Source: Camelus dromedarius
Lineage: Eukaryota
DNA: 64,000 bases
Assembly (NCBI RefSeq): GCF_036321535.1
Contig: NC_087436.1
Coordinates: forward strand, 59,584,001-59,648,000
Direction: 5' to 3'
Part shown: piece after piece, positions 1 through 12,213 of the stretch
Layout of the letters: each line of letters begins with the position of its first letter
Numbering within the stretch: the stretch's first letter is position 1
Position numbers and translations under genes: made by a program
The notes under the pieces: model-generated
The model's database searches: none
Seen by the model: only the letters and a program-made list of their open reading frames with translations
Told to the model about the DNA's origin: nothing

Positions 1-867
1 AGCTAAAAAGTGTATCAAAAACATCAAGGTTAAAACTAGTCCTTCTAATCTTGGATATGAAACATCAGTGAAAGGTAAGAGAAGACAGAGAAAGCAGGAC
101 TCCAGAGAGTTACCAAAACTTGATTCAAAAATTCTCTTTGGAATCAGTGGAAAGTATTGGACAAAGGAAACACCTTCAGATTTAATAAATGTAACTTGTA
201 TTAGAGAAAACTGCCTGGATACACTTGCTTCAAATTACAAATTAAGATATTTAACAGGTCCAAACTAAAGTGACAAAGTTTTACGAGTGGTTTTTTTTTT
301 TTAACATGTACTAATCAGTTCATTTCATGTATTCAGCTAAATTGCTAATAAATTGTTTCTTTCTCTGTTACAGGAGTATCAGAATGCAAAAGTTATATTA
401 CCTAAAAACAGGCTGATTGATTTCCTTAGTCTTAAACCAAATCTTAAATGACCACTGTGGACTCATCAAAAAAATTTAAATAAATCCTACACTGAATGCT
501 TTGGGTAATGCTCTAATATGTTTGCTGTCATAAGTATGGCTCCTACCAATTTTCTGTCACTACTGATTAGATAAGTAATTCCTTTTTCTTTTATTTTTTC
601 TTCAATCAGCACATTCCTAAAATACAAGTGGGTGACCATTAGCTTTGGAAAGAAAAATCAGGCAGTGAATGAAAATGTTATCAGTTACACAGAAATGAAA
701 AGATGTCATTCAGATAAAGTTGTACTATAAAAAGAAAATATATTTATTGCTAGTAGTGACAGTCTTTCATTTGCAGGAGACTTTAGCGGCACTTTTGAAA
801 TGGCAGACTGCAGAGCTAAGAACAGTGAATAAATATTTAAGGGAGGGTGTGTAATATATTGGGGTTG

Positions 868-1572
868 GAGACAGATAATTTTGAATTGCATTTCTGCCAA
901 TATTAGCTGTGTGATCTTGGGAAAGCTACATAAACCTTTTGCATCTTTGTTTCCTTATCTTAAAAACAGAGGTAATATAGTGGTTTCCTTTTACTTAAAT
1001 TTTGATCCTAATGCCATTTCTACATTCTTTAATGAACATACTCTGATGTTCCTATAAGTTTATTTCCCCCAAAAGTCTGTATGATTCCAAATGATTTGAT
1101 ATCACTTCATTCCAGGAGACTGTGATTAGCTTAAACTAGAAGTATATTCCACCCGGCTGGTTACGGTGATTGGTTCAGGATGAGTAGGTGCGTACCTTCT
1201 CTGTAGAGACATTTGCTAAGACTTCTTGGAATGAAACCTTCCTGCATTTCCAACATTTTGAACATAGAAGGTCGTTTCCTCTGTAACTACACCAATCTTG
1301 CAACCAAGATGGGAGAACTTAAAGCTACTGATAGCCCCTACCTGGAGCCAATCTAGATAACGTACCGTCAGGAGACATAGCCTTGCTCACGTGGGCCCAG
1401 AATGAAATTATGTCATAACCCCTTGTTGTTTAAGCCAATTTGATTTGGATTTTCTGTCAGTTGCAAATGAAGGATTTATGACTAATTATTTCCCTGCGGT
1501 TATTGTGAGGATTAAGAGAGATGATATAAGTAAAGCACTTAACAGTGTTTGGCACCAAGCGCTCTCTCAATA
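868..1572 (+). mobile_element. MIR SINE split into two parts (~868-990 and ~1488-1572) by a MaLR LTR
   Basis: MIR core 'tagctgtgtgatcttgggaaagctac...tttccttatct', resuming as 'gttattgtgaggattaagagagatgatataagtaaagcacttaacag'. Confidence 0.65.
1000..1486 (+). mobile_element. Old MaLR LTR (MLT1 group)
   Basis: 'gtgattggttcaggatgag' and MLT1-type 3' end 'ttgttgtttaagccaatttgatttggattttctgtcagttgcaa'. Confidence 0.6.
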
Positions 1573-1669
1573 ATACACATCTAAGGATGAATAGCACATG
1601 AACAGCTTAGACAACAAAAATAGTCTCCATGATTCCTACCAACAGTAATTCTTCTCCAGTATGCATTTA

Positions 1670-1960
1670 ATTTTAATTCAACTCAGCAAGTACTTATCCA
1701 CTTATTCATTAGCCCAGCCAATATTAGGGAATTTATTATGAACAAGGCATTGTGCCCAGGACTGTCAGTTTTGTTGAGAAATATAATAATGGTTACTTCA
1801 GTACTGTAGCTAAAAACAAGGAAAGAAATCAGTATTTTAGCAAATTTAATTATGTGTAATCTCCCAAAGAAATAAGCATTTAGATATTCATATAAACTAT
1901 GTGTGATTATGCGCCAAACTGTGTGGTACCTAGGCAAATGAGTACCACGGATGACCCACT
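1670..1960 (-). mobile_element. L2 3' fragment
   Basis: 'ttattcatt...aaggcattgtgcccaggac' resembles an antisense L2 tail. Confidence 0.4.
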
Positions 1961-3297
1961 AAAGAAAAAATAGTGCATAATAAGATGAAAAATATTTTAG
2001 AGAAAATGGTTTAGTGTTAAATTTTATTAGCTAACATAGTAAAGACTAAGTATGCAAGAAAAGAATGTCTAATAGCCTAAATATATGACTTCTATTTCCT
2101 TCCTTTTAGTGCTTGTTTTGTGATATTTTTAAGTTAATTTCTTCTTAAAAATTCTTTGGGGTTGTTAGTCTTGCTGGAATACACAAAAGTCTTGCTATCC
2201 TAGGGTCCCTGGGGCTCTGTATCATCAGAAAACAGTTTTAGACACAACTCTCCAGCTATTTCTAATAATGAACACTTCTGGAGAGGGTTCAAAAAATATT
2301 TAGGCAGAGCATCAGAGAATTTCAGTAAGAGAGACTTTGGAACTAGATATCCAGTTCTCTACTCAAATTATTGACAGTGAATTTCACAAAATAACAGGGT
2401 AGAGTTATTGAAAATAATTTCTTTAGTATATCAGGAGAAAAAAATAAGATTAGACTTCGGGAATTAGAGTAATAGACACTTTTTTAGACAAAGAATGATG
2501 TGTAAATAATCTTAAAAATGACATGAGATGTCCCCTATAAAAATATGATAACTTAATAACTGATTACTCTTATCCAAGGGCAAAACTGGAATTCAAAAAT
2601 CTCAACTTCTTTCTTGCTTTTATTTGAAAAGACTCCCAAGTGTTTAAAAGGTTATGATAATGATTCATGAAGGAATGTGCTTGGGTCCCTCTGCTGGAGG
2701 CGAGGGTAGAAAGAGTATGTATAAGTCACACTTCTGACAGGTAAATGAGAGGGACTGAAAAGAGGGGCGACCGATTGAGGTCACAGAAAACCTGAGGAGA
2801 TGCACTTAAATGTACTTCTGAGTATGAACTGTGTTCTCAGCCTGAGGATGCCAGTGAGTGTGGGTCCATCGGTCTGATTCTAAGGACTCTGTCCATTTTT
2901 TGTTTTGCTTTGTTTTGTTTTGGCTGTAGGGTCTCAAGTCTCAGGAACCTATTATAAAAGTCTTATTAGAGAAGATTTTTTTCTTACATTTTCCAGTCTC
3001 TTCAAAGGAAAACCCTCTTTTCACCTTTGTGGGAGCACCTGCTAGTTGAATTTTATCCTCTTTGCTGATGGCTACTTGTTTATTTCAGATTTTTTTTAAA
3101 GTATGTTGTAATTTATCATATTTTGCAAGACTTTTTGTTCATGTATTGCCATTTACTTGTTAGAACATGGAAGAGTAAGTACCTGCCTTTCCTTTCCCAT
3201 CATCCCATTGGATCTATTCTAGAATTCTTTTTTCTCATTTTGGTTCCGGATTACAATGAGAAGTAATATTGAAACTATCCTGTAAATTTATGCTAAT

Positions 3298-3612
3298 TGC
3301 TATAGACTGAAGATTTGTGTCCTTCCGCAGATTCATAGGTTGAAGACCTAATCCCCAGTGGAATGGTATTTGGAGGCGGGGTCTTTGGGAGGTAATTAGG
3401 TTTAGATCAGGTCATGAGGGTGGAGCTCCCATGATGGAACTGGAAGAAGAATCCAGAGCTCTTTCTTTCTCCACCACGTAAAGATACACTTGCTGCCTGC
3501 AAACCAGGAAGAAGGCTCTTCCCAACCTCTAGAACTATGAGAAATAAATGTTTGTTGTTTAAGCCATCCAATTTATGGTTATTATTTATAGCAGCCCAAG
3601 CTGACTAAGGCA
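3298..3612 (+). mobile_element. MaLR solo LTR (MLT1A-like)
   Basis: TG...CA ends; 'ggtatttggaggcggggtctttgggaggtaattagg'; 'agaaataaatgtttgttgtttaagcca'; 'gcagcccaagctgactaaggca'. Confidence 0.85.
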
Positions 3613-4379
3613 CTTGTCAAAAAAAAAAAAAAAGTCTCTGTTATAAAAACATAGTCTTACACCCAGGTTTTCTAAAGCGTAACTGCCAAACCTTGGCCAA
3701 TTCTCAAGAAGAGTTCAAGATAACGTTAAGGTGAGGGGAGGGAGAGACAAGTGTGAGCTCAAATCTAGTCTTTTTTATTTATCAGTCTTGAGACTGTGAA
3801 CACATTGTTTCACTACTCTGAGTCTTAGCTAAAACAACTCTAAAGCATGTACAACATCCACAACACTGAGGGATCTTATATGTGCTGTTCCACTGACTGC
3901 TTCACTTGATCTCTGCAGCTTGCTTGGAAACTCCTTTCTCCTTTATAGCTCAAATAGGTGCCCTCTTGAGTCTGGGTTCCCTATCAAAAACAACATCCGC
4001 CCCAGGTGGAGATGAACTATTTTTAGTTTAAGTGTTCTTTAAAATACTCATTAAGTTCATGTATATGCCAAGGACTCTTCTAGGTCATTGGAATTCATTA
4101 GTAAATAAAACAGAAAAAAAAAAAAAAAGAACGCTTGCCTTATCATGTTTGAAACTTCTGTTTAAATAATTACTTCCTTCTCTAGCAACCCAAATGAATA
4201 ATTTCCAAATTTACTATATAAATTATTGTATACTCTATAAATATGCTTTGAAGATTAAATGTGAGAGTCTTTGCAATATTGTACCTATGCACCATCAGTA
4301 AATGTTGACTCACTCTAAGTAAAACCATTGATTTTTAAGAAAATATTCAACTTCAATAACATTTTTTTTGTGTATGAAC

Positions 4380-5310
4380 TGTCTTAATTTGGGTTTCTCT
4401 AGAAGCAGATCCTGAGAAAAGGATTTGAGTACAGACAGGCCCTGACTTAGGGAGATTCGTCTTACAATTTTTTGACTTAACTGTCGGAAAGCCATGCACA
4501 TTCAGTAGAAACCATACTTCAATATTTGAATTTTGATCTTTTCCTGGGCTAGTGATATGTGGTACAATGCTCTCTGTGATGCTGGGTAGATGCCACAGCT
4601 CCCCATCAGCCACAGGATCATGAAGGTAAACAACTGATACACTTACAACCATTCTCTTTCCATACAACCACTCTGTTTTTCACTTTCAGCACTGTATGCA
4701 GTAAATTACATGATGTATTCAATAGTTATTATTAAATAATTTTCCCCAAATGTAGGCTAATGGAAGTGTTGTGAGTACATTTAAAGTAGGCTGGGCTAAG
4801 CTATGATGTTTGGTAGGTTAGGTGTATTAAATCCACTTCTGACTTATGATATTTTCAATTTATAATGGGTTTATAGGGACACTAACATGCTATAAGTCAA
4901 GAAATACCTGCCAATAGTTTATTGAAGGGAGCTAACACTAGGAAATACCATCAGGGAATAGACAGGTGACTCAGGGAAGGGAAAAAAAAACACATACAAG
5001 GTACATTTTCAAACATATTACCTAACTGGAAAATTGGAGCTTAATCCCACCAGGAAGCTCTAGGTGCCCATGTGAAATGAGTACCTCAGAGTTATTCTGC
5101 CCAAGAGGTTAGGGAGCTGAGTTATTTACCCAAATTCTGTAAGAAATTGTTTCAGGGTTTTCCCCTTGAGAGAATTAATTCCCTGGGACTTTGCATCTAC
5201 CTGTACAGCCCTCAGGCAAAGGTGCTGGCTGACTGGGAGTTGGACCAAGAGCACAGAAATGGTAACTTGTCGAGAGGTTAGGGGTGGGATATCAACAACA
5301 GTGTGCACTA
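4380..5310 (-). mobile_element. ERVL-type LTR (LTR33/LTR16-like) interrupted by a Tigger element
   Basis: 'gggtttctctagaagcagatcctgagaaaaggatttgagta' continues after 4910 as 'aatagtttattgaagg'. Confidence 0.55.
4432..4910 (-). mobile_element. TcMar-Tigger non-autonomous DNA transposon (MER47/Tigger5-like)
   Basis: Left TA followed by 'cagacaggccctgactta'; right end 'taagtcaagaaatacctg' (degenerate TIRs); internal 'ggctaagctatgatgtttggtaggttaggtgtattaaat'. Confidence 0.8.
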
Positions 5311-5499
5311 TATGAATCTTAGACAACACTCCTTGAGAGGAAGGAATAACTGTGATAGAGTATTAGCCCCTTAATCTAGATCAAGGTCAACTCTGTTGTG
5401 GAATTCAGCATGAGATCTAATTTCTCATTCTTTTTGTTCCAGACAGTCATCCTCACATTCCTTCATCTAGGACAAGGCTTTGTCGTTAATCTGTTCTTA

Positions 5500-6670
5500 C
5501 ACCCCCCCTGTTCCCTTCATCTCATAATCACAGTGTCAAAGCAACCCTGTTGGCTCAATCTTCAAATATTCTTATTTTGACACTTTGTGTTGGCTCAAAC
5601 ACAATTTCCCAGGACCACCACAGTGTCCTAATGGTCTCTCTGCTGCCACCCTTGCCCTTCTGGGTTATTCTCTGCCAAGAAGTCAAGGTGATCTTTTAAA
5701 CTCTTATGTCAAATCATATCATTCCTGTGTTCAACATTTTTTTTTCTCACTTGTTTCCAAGGCCTATGAGGCTTTATTTGACCTGTGCATTCACACAACC
5801 TTTAAATTCTCACCTCCTACAAGTCTCCCCCTTCCTCAGTCTACTGTAAGCACATTGGGCTCCACGTTGTTCACATGGACCACTCTCTTGCCTCAGAGCC
5901 TCCCCATTTCCTTACTGTTTCTCCAGATATTTACAAGAGCTAGTGCATGGGGGGTACAGTCTGCACCCATAGTTTGTGTTTAGAACCTGTGTGCTGGTCC
6001 TGTTGCAACACAGTTGCTAGTGCATTCCCTGAGGGATGTCCTCTAAATCAGATCTCTGCAAAAACCGCTTTCCTGATCATTCCATCTAAAATAGAATCCA
6101 CTACCATTCTATAACTCTTTACTAAACTTTATCCTAATGCACTTTTCACTGTCATCATGTTATAAATCAATTTATCGTTATTATATTCAATTTTTAATTT
6201 CTTTGCTTGAACATAAGGTCCATGTAGGCAGGTACTTTATCTGCTTTGCTCACTTATTACAGCCTCAGCACCCAGAATGGTGCTGTAGCAGTCAGCATAT
6301 GTTAAGTTATGCCTCACTCACAAAAACAATTTCAGCATTTCATGGCTTAACGCAGTGAAAACGTTTTACCTTAGTCTACAAGGCAATGTGAAATCTGGAA
6401 CGGAGCTCTATGCATCACAGTCACTCAATCACACAGGCTAAATGGAGGCCCCATTTGCCCCATCGTTCAGAATCACTTTGACCTTTAAATCTACTCATAA
6501 GTAACAAAACTCATGACTCCCACTCACATTTTATTTGCCAAAGCAACTCACATGGCAGAGGGCAGAAAAGTGTAGCCTCAAGTGTCTTTGTGAATCACCT
6601 AAATAACTATTATAAGTACTTCATTCGTATTAGATAATCAATAAATACTTGCAGAAAGAACAAATAAATG
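5500..6670 (+). mobile_element. L2 3' region, interrupted by a MaLR LTR at ~6284-6612
   Basis: 'cctaatggtctctctgctgccacccttgccc...gtgatcttttaaa...atcatatcattcc' and tail 'caataaatacttgcagaaagaac'. Confidence 0.7.
6284..6612 (-). mobile_element. Old MaLR LTR (MLT1J/K/L-like)
   Basis: 'ttaagttatgc...catggcttaacgcag' and 'cactcacattttatttgccaaagcaactcacatggc'. Confidence 0.55.
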
Positions 6671-6779
6671 AGCAAGTGGAATATGCCACACACACCATAT
6701 TAACAAATTTGGAAACATTTTTCCTAACACCTATTTTGGAAAATGAGTAAGTACATTACATTTAAATATAAAATATGTC

Positions 6780-6920
6780 AGCAAATAAACTCCACAAGAA
6801 TAGGTCTTTATCTGTTCTATTCATCCTTATCACCTAGAAGGCTTAATACATGATAAGCCCTCAATAAAGCTTTAAGGAGTGAATGAATGAATGAATAAAT
6901 AAATAAATAAATAAATAAAT
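6780..6920 (+). mobile_element. L2 3' end with (GAAT)n/(AAAT)n tail
   Basis: 'ccctcaataaa...gtgaatgaatgaatgaataaataaataaat'. Confidence 0.7.
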
Positions 6921-8006
6921 AGGGTAGTTTTGGTGACTATACAGGTGTCCAATTGGCTGTGCTTTCAAAAATACAAATTTAAAATACTTAAATGCGTATA
7001 AGTAGTTGTTTGTTGTTTTTTCTCTTCCAGAATACATTTATGATTCTATTTAACATTTAATTTAATAGACAATTAATCTTGCTTTCAATATTCTTAAAAT
7101 TTAAATATGTGACATTAAAAGGTTTCTGATAAAACAGAAAACAAAATTCAGAGAACAGTTTTTGAAGTAAAATCTTTTAAGAACTGAAGTTTATCACGTA
7201 AGCTTTCTAAAGACTATCACATAAATAATTCCCATCAGTGGCATCTTTACAAATCATGCACTGAAAATATGTAAACTTCACATTTCCCCAGGAAACATCT
7301 CTAACCTAACAGAGAGACAGACTAAGTTACAATCTATAGATCCTCATCACAAAGCTAATTTGGAGATCACAATTTCAATCTCATTCTGACTCATTTTTGT
7401 TCATACTAAAGAAATTTTTTTTTTCATATTGAGAAGCTATGTTAGGAAATTCAGCATTATACCTTGAATCCAAATTAGACTCATGTGACATAAATATATT
7501 AACTGCAGATTTAATGAAGCAATGAAAAAGAAAAGAAAGTAATAGACATTTTGGAAAGATAAATTCCTGAGAGGTATCTTTAACATGGCAGATTAGGATG
7601 TATTATGCAAGTTGACTGCAAACCATGATTTAGATACAGCATTTATGGAGAACTTCATAAACTTCTAATACTGTTCTAAGTATTTAAATTCACACACACA
7701 CACAAATACAAGGAAAATACTACCATTATCCTCCTATTAACAGTGAGGAATCTAAGATATAAATGATTAAGTGACTTGCTTTGAGCTAAATCTTGAAAAA
7801 ACTACATACATATATATACATATACTTTGTGTATAGTTCTGTCTCTGTCAAGTGTACTCCTATCTGTTTATATATACATATACGTATATATATAATTGCA
7901 AATGTGTATTTTTATATTCTTTAGAAACTTATCTAATCAATTTAAATATATAAAATATACAAAATAAATAATATCTATATGTATGTATGCAATACATATA
8001 TAAAGA

Positions 8007-8730
8007 TGTCAGGGATTGCTTTTAGCTGGAAGCATCAGAAACCATAATTAAACAATGGCTTAAACAAATTAGGAATGAATTTTTGTCCCTTAAGAAAAAA
8101 AAAAGTTTCTTCTATTTAGCACAGGGAACTATATTCAATATCTTGTAATAACCAATGGAAAAGAATATGAAAATGAATATATGTATGTAAATGCCTGACT
8201 GAGAAATTGTGCTGTACACCAGAAATGGGCACATTGTAATTGACTATTCTTCAGTAAAAAAAGTAATAATCAACACATTGATCACCTCAAAAAAAAGTCT
8301 GGAAGTAGGTAGCTCAGGGCTGGAGCAGTATCCAAAATGATATGAGAAATACAGATGCTTTCTGTCTTTCTGCTGAGCCTTCCTTGGCGTGGGATTTTAG
8401 AATCCTATCTGTGGTCTTGTGGTCACGAGTTGGTTGTTTCACATCCAGTATCGTATTTTAATTCCAGGTATGAAGAGGGGAAGGACAGAAAATAAAAGGT
8501 GGCTGCCATAAAAGACCAATCCATTTTAAAGAAATTTCTTGGACGCCTCATTCAATCTCTTCTGCTTATATTTCATCAAGTACAACTGTCTGATGTAATC
8601 ATCATTATCGTTAAAGGAAGCTAAATTAGTTTTTTTAGCTGGGCATATGCTTCTCTAAAATACTCAGGGTTTTGTTAGTAAGAAAGAAATGTAAAATGGT
8701 TTTGGGTCAGAAATTAACTGGGTATGTTGC
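8007..8730 (-). mobile_element. Old MaLR LTR (MLT1 group) carrying a short L1 insertion
   Basis: 'acaatggcttaaacaaa' resumes after the L1 as 'aagtctggaagtaggtagctcagggctgg'. Confidence 0.55.
8101..8297 (+). mobile_element. Extremely 5'-truncated L1 (3' UTR end)
   Basis: 'tagcacagggaactatattcaatatcttgtaataacc...tgtgctgtacaccagaaat', shared with the other L1 ends in this window. Confidence 0.85.
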
Positions 8731-8779
8731 AAGAAGGAATAGTCAGAAAACTTGAAAATGTTTAAAAGCTTATGGAGAA

Positions 8780-9450
8780 AATAATCAGCCACATTTTAAT
8801 CACCTATAACTGCTGATAACATAATAGTTTGTATTCTCCAGCAGTATTTCCCTTGATGCATCTGCTCTATTTTTATTTATTTCCAAAATTACCATAACAA
8901 GCTTTATTTAAATATTCACTTACGGCTGCATCCCTGGATTTTTCTAGTTTTTACTATTATAAATAATGCTACAGTCATGATTTTAATCTTAAAGTGTTTA
9001 TACTATTTTGGTTTATATTTTAAGACAGATCTCCAGAAATACAATATGGAGTTGAAAGCTGTGAATATTTCTTTTAATCCTGATTCCTACTGTCAATTAC
9101 TTGACAAGAAATTAATGCTAATTATTCTTACAGTAGCAGTAAATATATCGTATGTTCTACAACTAAATTTTGAATATTTCAAATGTTGTATATGAAAAAT
9201 GAAACCTTGTTTTATCTGCATTTGGATGACAACATTTTTTCACTTTTTCTTAATCATATTTAAATGTATTTTTCTTACATCATACATTCATTCCCTTCTC
9301 CAATTTATTATTTTGATTCTCAATACCTTTTTCTAATAATGTGTACTGCCTTTTAATATAAACTAAGATATCAACACCACCTGCCATAATCAGTGGCAAA
9401 TATTTTCCTTAGGTTAGTTGCCTTGTATACACTTATTATGTTTGCAATAC
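8780..9450 (-). mobile_element. Ancient L1 (L1ME-like) fragment
   Basis: 'ttttctagtttttactattataaataatgctacagt' and 'gtggcaaatattttc'. Confidence 0.5.
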
Positions 9451-9693
9451 TGAAAATAGAAAATTTTAGAGCAAAGAACCAATTTCAGAGATAAACATGT
9501 AACTTTTTAAAATGAAGTTACCCATACAAGTGAAGTTTAGTGAGATATTTAAGGTCACAAAGTTAATAAATGGCAGAATTAAATCCTTACCCAAATAACA
9601 AAATGAGGAGAAAGTAAAACATCCGACGGTAACTCCTAACTTTCAAAGTTCTACAGAATTTTTATTTGAATCTTTCAATATACGGTAAGAGAC

Positions 9694-10095
9694 TATATTC
9701 GTTTGCTAGTTCCACCACAACAAAATATTACAGAATGGGTGGCTTATATGACACAAACTCATTTCCACACAGTTCTGGAGGCTAGAAGTGAAAGATCAAG
9801 GTAATCAGTTGGTTTCGTTTCCCTTAAGGTTTCTCTTCTTGGCTTGCAGATTACTGCCTTTATGCTGTGTGCTCAAAAGGCCTTTTCTCTGCACATGAGC
9901 AACCCTGGCCTATCTTCCTCTTCTTATAAAATACTAGTCACGTGAGATGAGGGCCCCACCTCATTTAAAGTACTTCGTTCAACCCTAATTACCTCTTCAA
10001 AGGCCCAACCTCCAAATACCATCACATTACAAAGTACTGGGAGTTAGGACTCCTACATATGAATTTGGGGGGGGGACCCAAAAAAATCCATAACA
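9694..10095 (-). mobile_element. MaLR solo LTR (MLT1A/B-like)
   Basis: 'cacagttctggaggctagaagtgaaagatcaaggt'; 'taattacctcttcaaaggcccaacctccaaataccatcacatt'; ends 'ccataaca'. Confidence 0.85.
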
Positions 10096-10393
10096 GATAC
10101 TAAAAAAATTATATCCGTGCCTGTGTCTACTTATCTATCATCTGTATCAATTTCCATAATTCAGAGACTGAAAATCCTGGTCCCAGGATTCTGTTATATA
10201 GCATCCTCAGATTCAAGATGCTATGCAACAGATCTTCAGGTCAGATTTATTTCATAATTTTAAAGTCAATGTTAGCATCCACAAATACCTTCAAATAGAA
10301 CAATAGATGAAAATAGATTGGTAAGGACTTTTCAATACAACTGCAAATATGTAATAACAATTACTCATTAAAATACATATTTAAATTTAAAAT

Positions 10394-10740
10394 ATTTTTA
10401 AAAAAGACAAAAATGAACTTATTTACAAAGCAGAAACAAACTCAGACATAGAAAACAAACTTATGGTTACCAGAGGAGGAAGGGGGTGGGAAGGGATAAA
10501 CTGGGAGTTCGAGATTTGCAGATACTAACTACTATACATAAAATAGATAAACAACAAGTTTATACTGTATAGCACAGGGAACTATATTCAGTACATTATA
10601 GTAACTTATGGTGAAAAAGAATATGAAAAGGAACATATGTATGTATGGTCATGTATGACTGAAATAATATGCTGTACACCAGAAATTGACACAACATTGT
10701 AAACTGACTATATATTTCAATAAACATATATAGATATACA
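10394..10740 (+). mobile_element. 5'-truncated L1 (3' UTR) with long target-site duplication
   Basis: L1 3' UTR flanked by aaaatacatatttaaatttaaaat (10370-10393) and aaaatatatatttaaaattaaaat (10741-10764), 22/24 identical. Confidence 0.9.
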
Positions 10741-11669
10741 AAAATATATATTTAAAATTAAAATCTGAGTGGTTAGCAATGTATTAAAATCCAGTATGAT
10801 TTACATTTTACCAAAAAATTAACAGCATTCAGATTTTAAAAATTATTTTTGCTTTTCTTAAAGAGAATATTATATAATTACCTAAATTCATGTTATAACT
10901 TGTTCCTTTCATGCTACTCTGGCTATATTATCATTAATACTAATAAACTGCCTTCAGTGACTACTGGAATTTTTCATTATCCAAAAGTGAATAAATAAAC
11001 TTTAAAATAGCTGTATATTAAAAACATGCACACTCTGGCTAAAGTAAGTATAAAAAATAATCCTTTTATGTCTGTAAAACTACCCGGATATTGGAAGGTA
11101 GTACCCGAAGATATCCTGTCTTTTGCTGTTTCTTAATATTCTGTCATCTGTATGTACATTATGATACATTCCTTGCTTAAACATTACATATTTCAAATGC
11201 ATATTACAAGCCTTACATTTATCCCAGATGTAATACAGTTACATGCAGTTAAAAAGATCAGTTATGTGGCCCACTGAGGCACATTCTGAGAAACAAGATT
11301 CACGGTATATAAATATTCAGAATTTCAATTACTCCTTTAATTTCCTGTCAAATTAAATTGAGATTAGAGATATTCCTATATAAAAATTAAGCCAATGCAG
11401 TGAAGTTAATATTCTTTCCTGCTTTGTTTAAATAGTGTAGTAAATATGGAAGTAAAAAGTTCTTATTCATTGTTTTGCCCATGATTTGGTAAAAGTCATC
11501 ATTTCAATTTTTATAACAAAAGAGAAATCAATAATCTTGCCCTCTTTCATTTCTCATGCTCACATATATCTTACTATTTTTATCTTGTATCATGGAAAAG
11601 GACTTTAAAAGACTGCATCATAATTGAGAGGTTGAAAGAACACAAATGTTGCAGAATGCTCAGTGATTT

Positions 11670-11860
11670 AGCAAAACTTGGGGCCTATTCCTGATTCCAT
11701 GACTTACCATCCATCTGACCATGGACAAATTACTGAACCACTCTAAATCACAGCTTCTTCTCCAATGGAGACAAAACCTTCCTCAGAGGTTGTGAGAACT
11801 GAATGAATTCTCATTAGGGCAGAAAACATGCCTAGTGAACAAGGACTTTAAACAATGTTT
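11670..11860 (+). mobile_element. MIR SINE
   Basis: 'tgaccatggacaaattactgaaccactct...cctcagaggttgtgagaactgaatgaa'. Confidence 0.55.
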
Positions 11861-12213
11861 TTTCCTGAAATGAGATTAGATAATCACTATGAATACTGAC
11901 TCTTCTGGTCTTACTTATTTTTTTTGTTAGTGCCATCAAACTAACAGTAAGGGATCAATTCAAATTAATTAATTTCAGGAATCAAGTGTCAACTTTAAGA
12001 TCAAACAAAGATAATTCTACATTATATTGATATTAAAGTCTATTATGCATATTCTAATCTATTCTAATTGTAATATATTTCTATTATGCTGAGTAGTAAA
12101 TTCAGCAAATGCATGTAAGTTTGAATTTTATATTTATGAATCTAAACATTTTAAGTTAAAATTTAAGTGGATAACTGAATAAATGCTGCTTTAATCTCAT
12201 TAACCATCACATC

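Noticed and set aside
350..420. Plus-strand acceptor-like site (ttctttctctgttacag)
   Set aside because: No paired donor or coding signal, and such motifs are common in AT-rich introns.
5585..5983. 132-aa ORF
   Set aside because: Lies within an L2 remnant, with no recognisable domain or splice structure.
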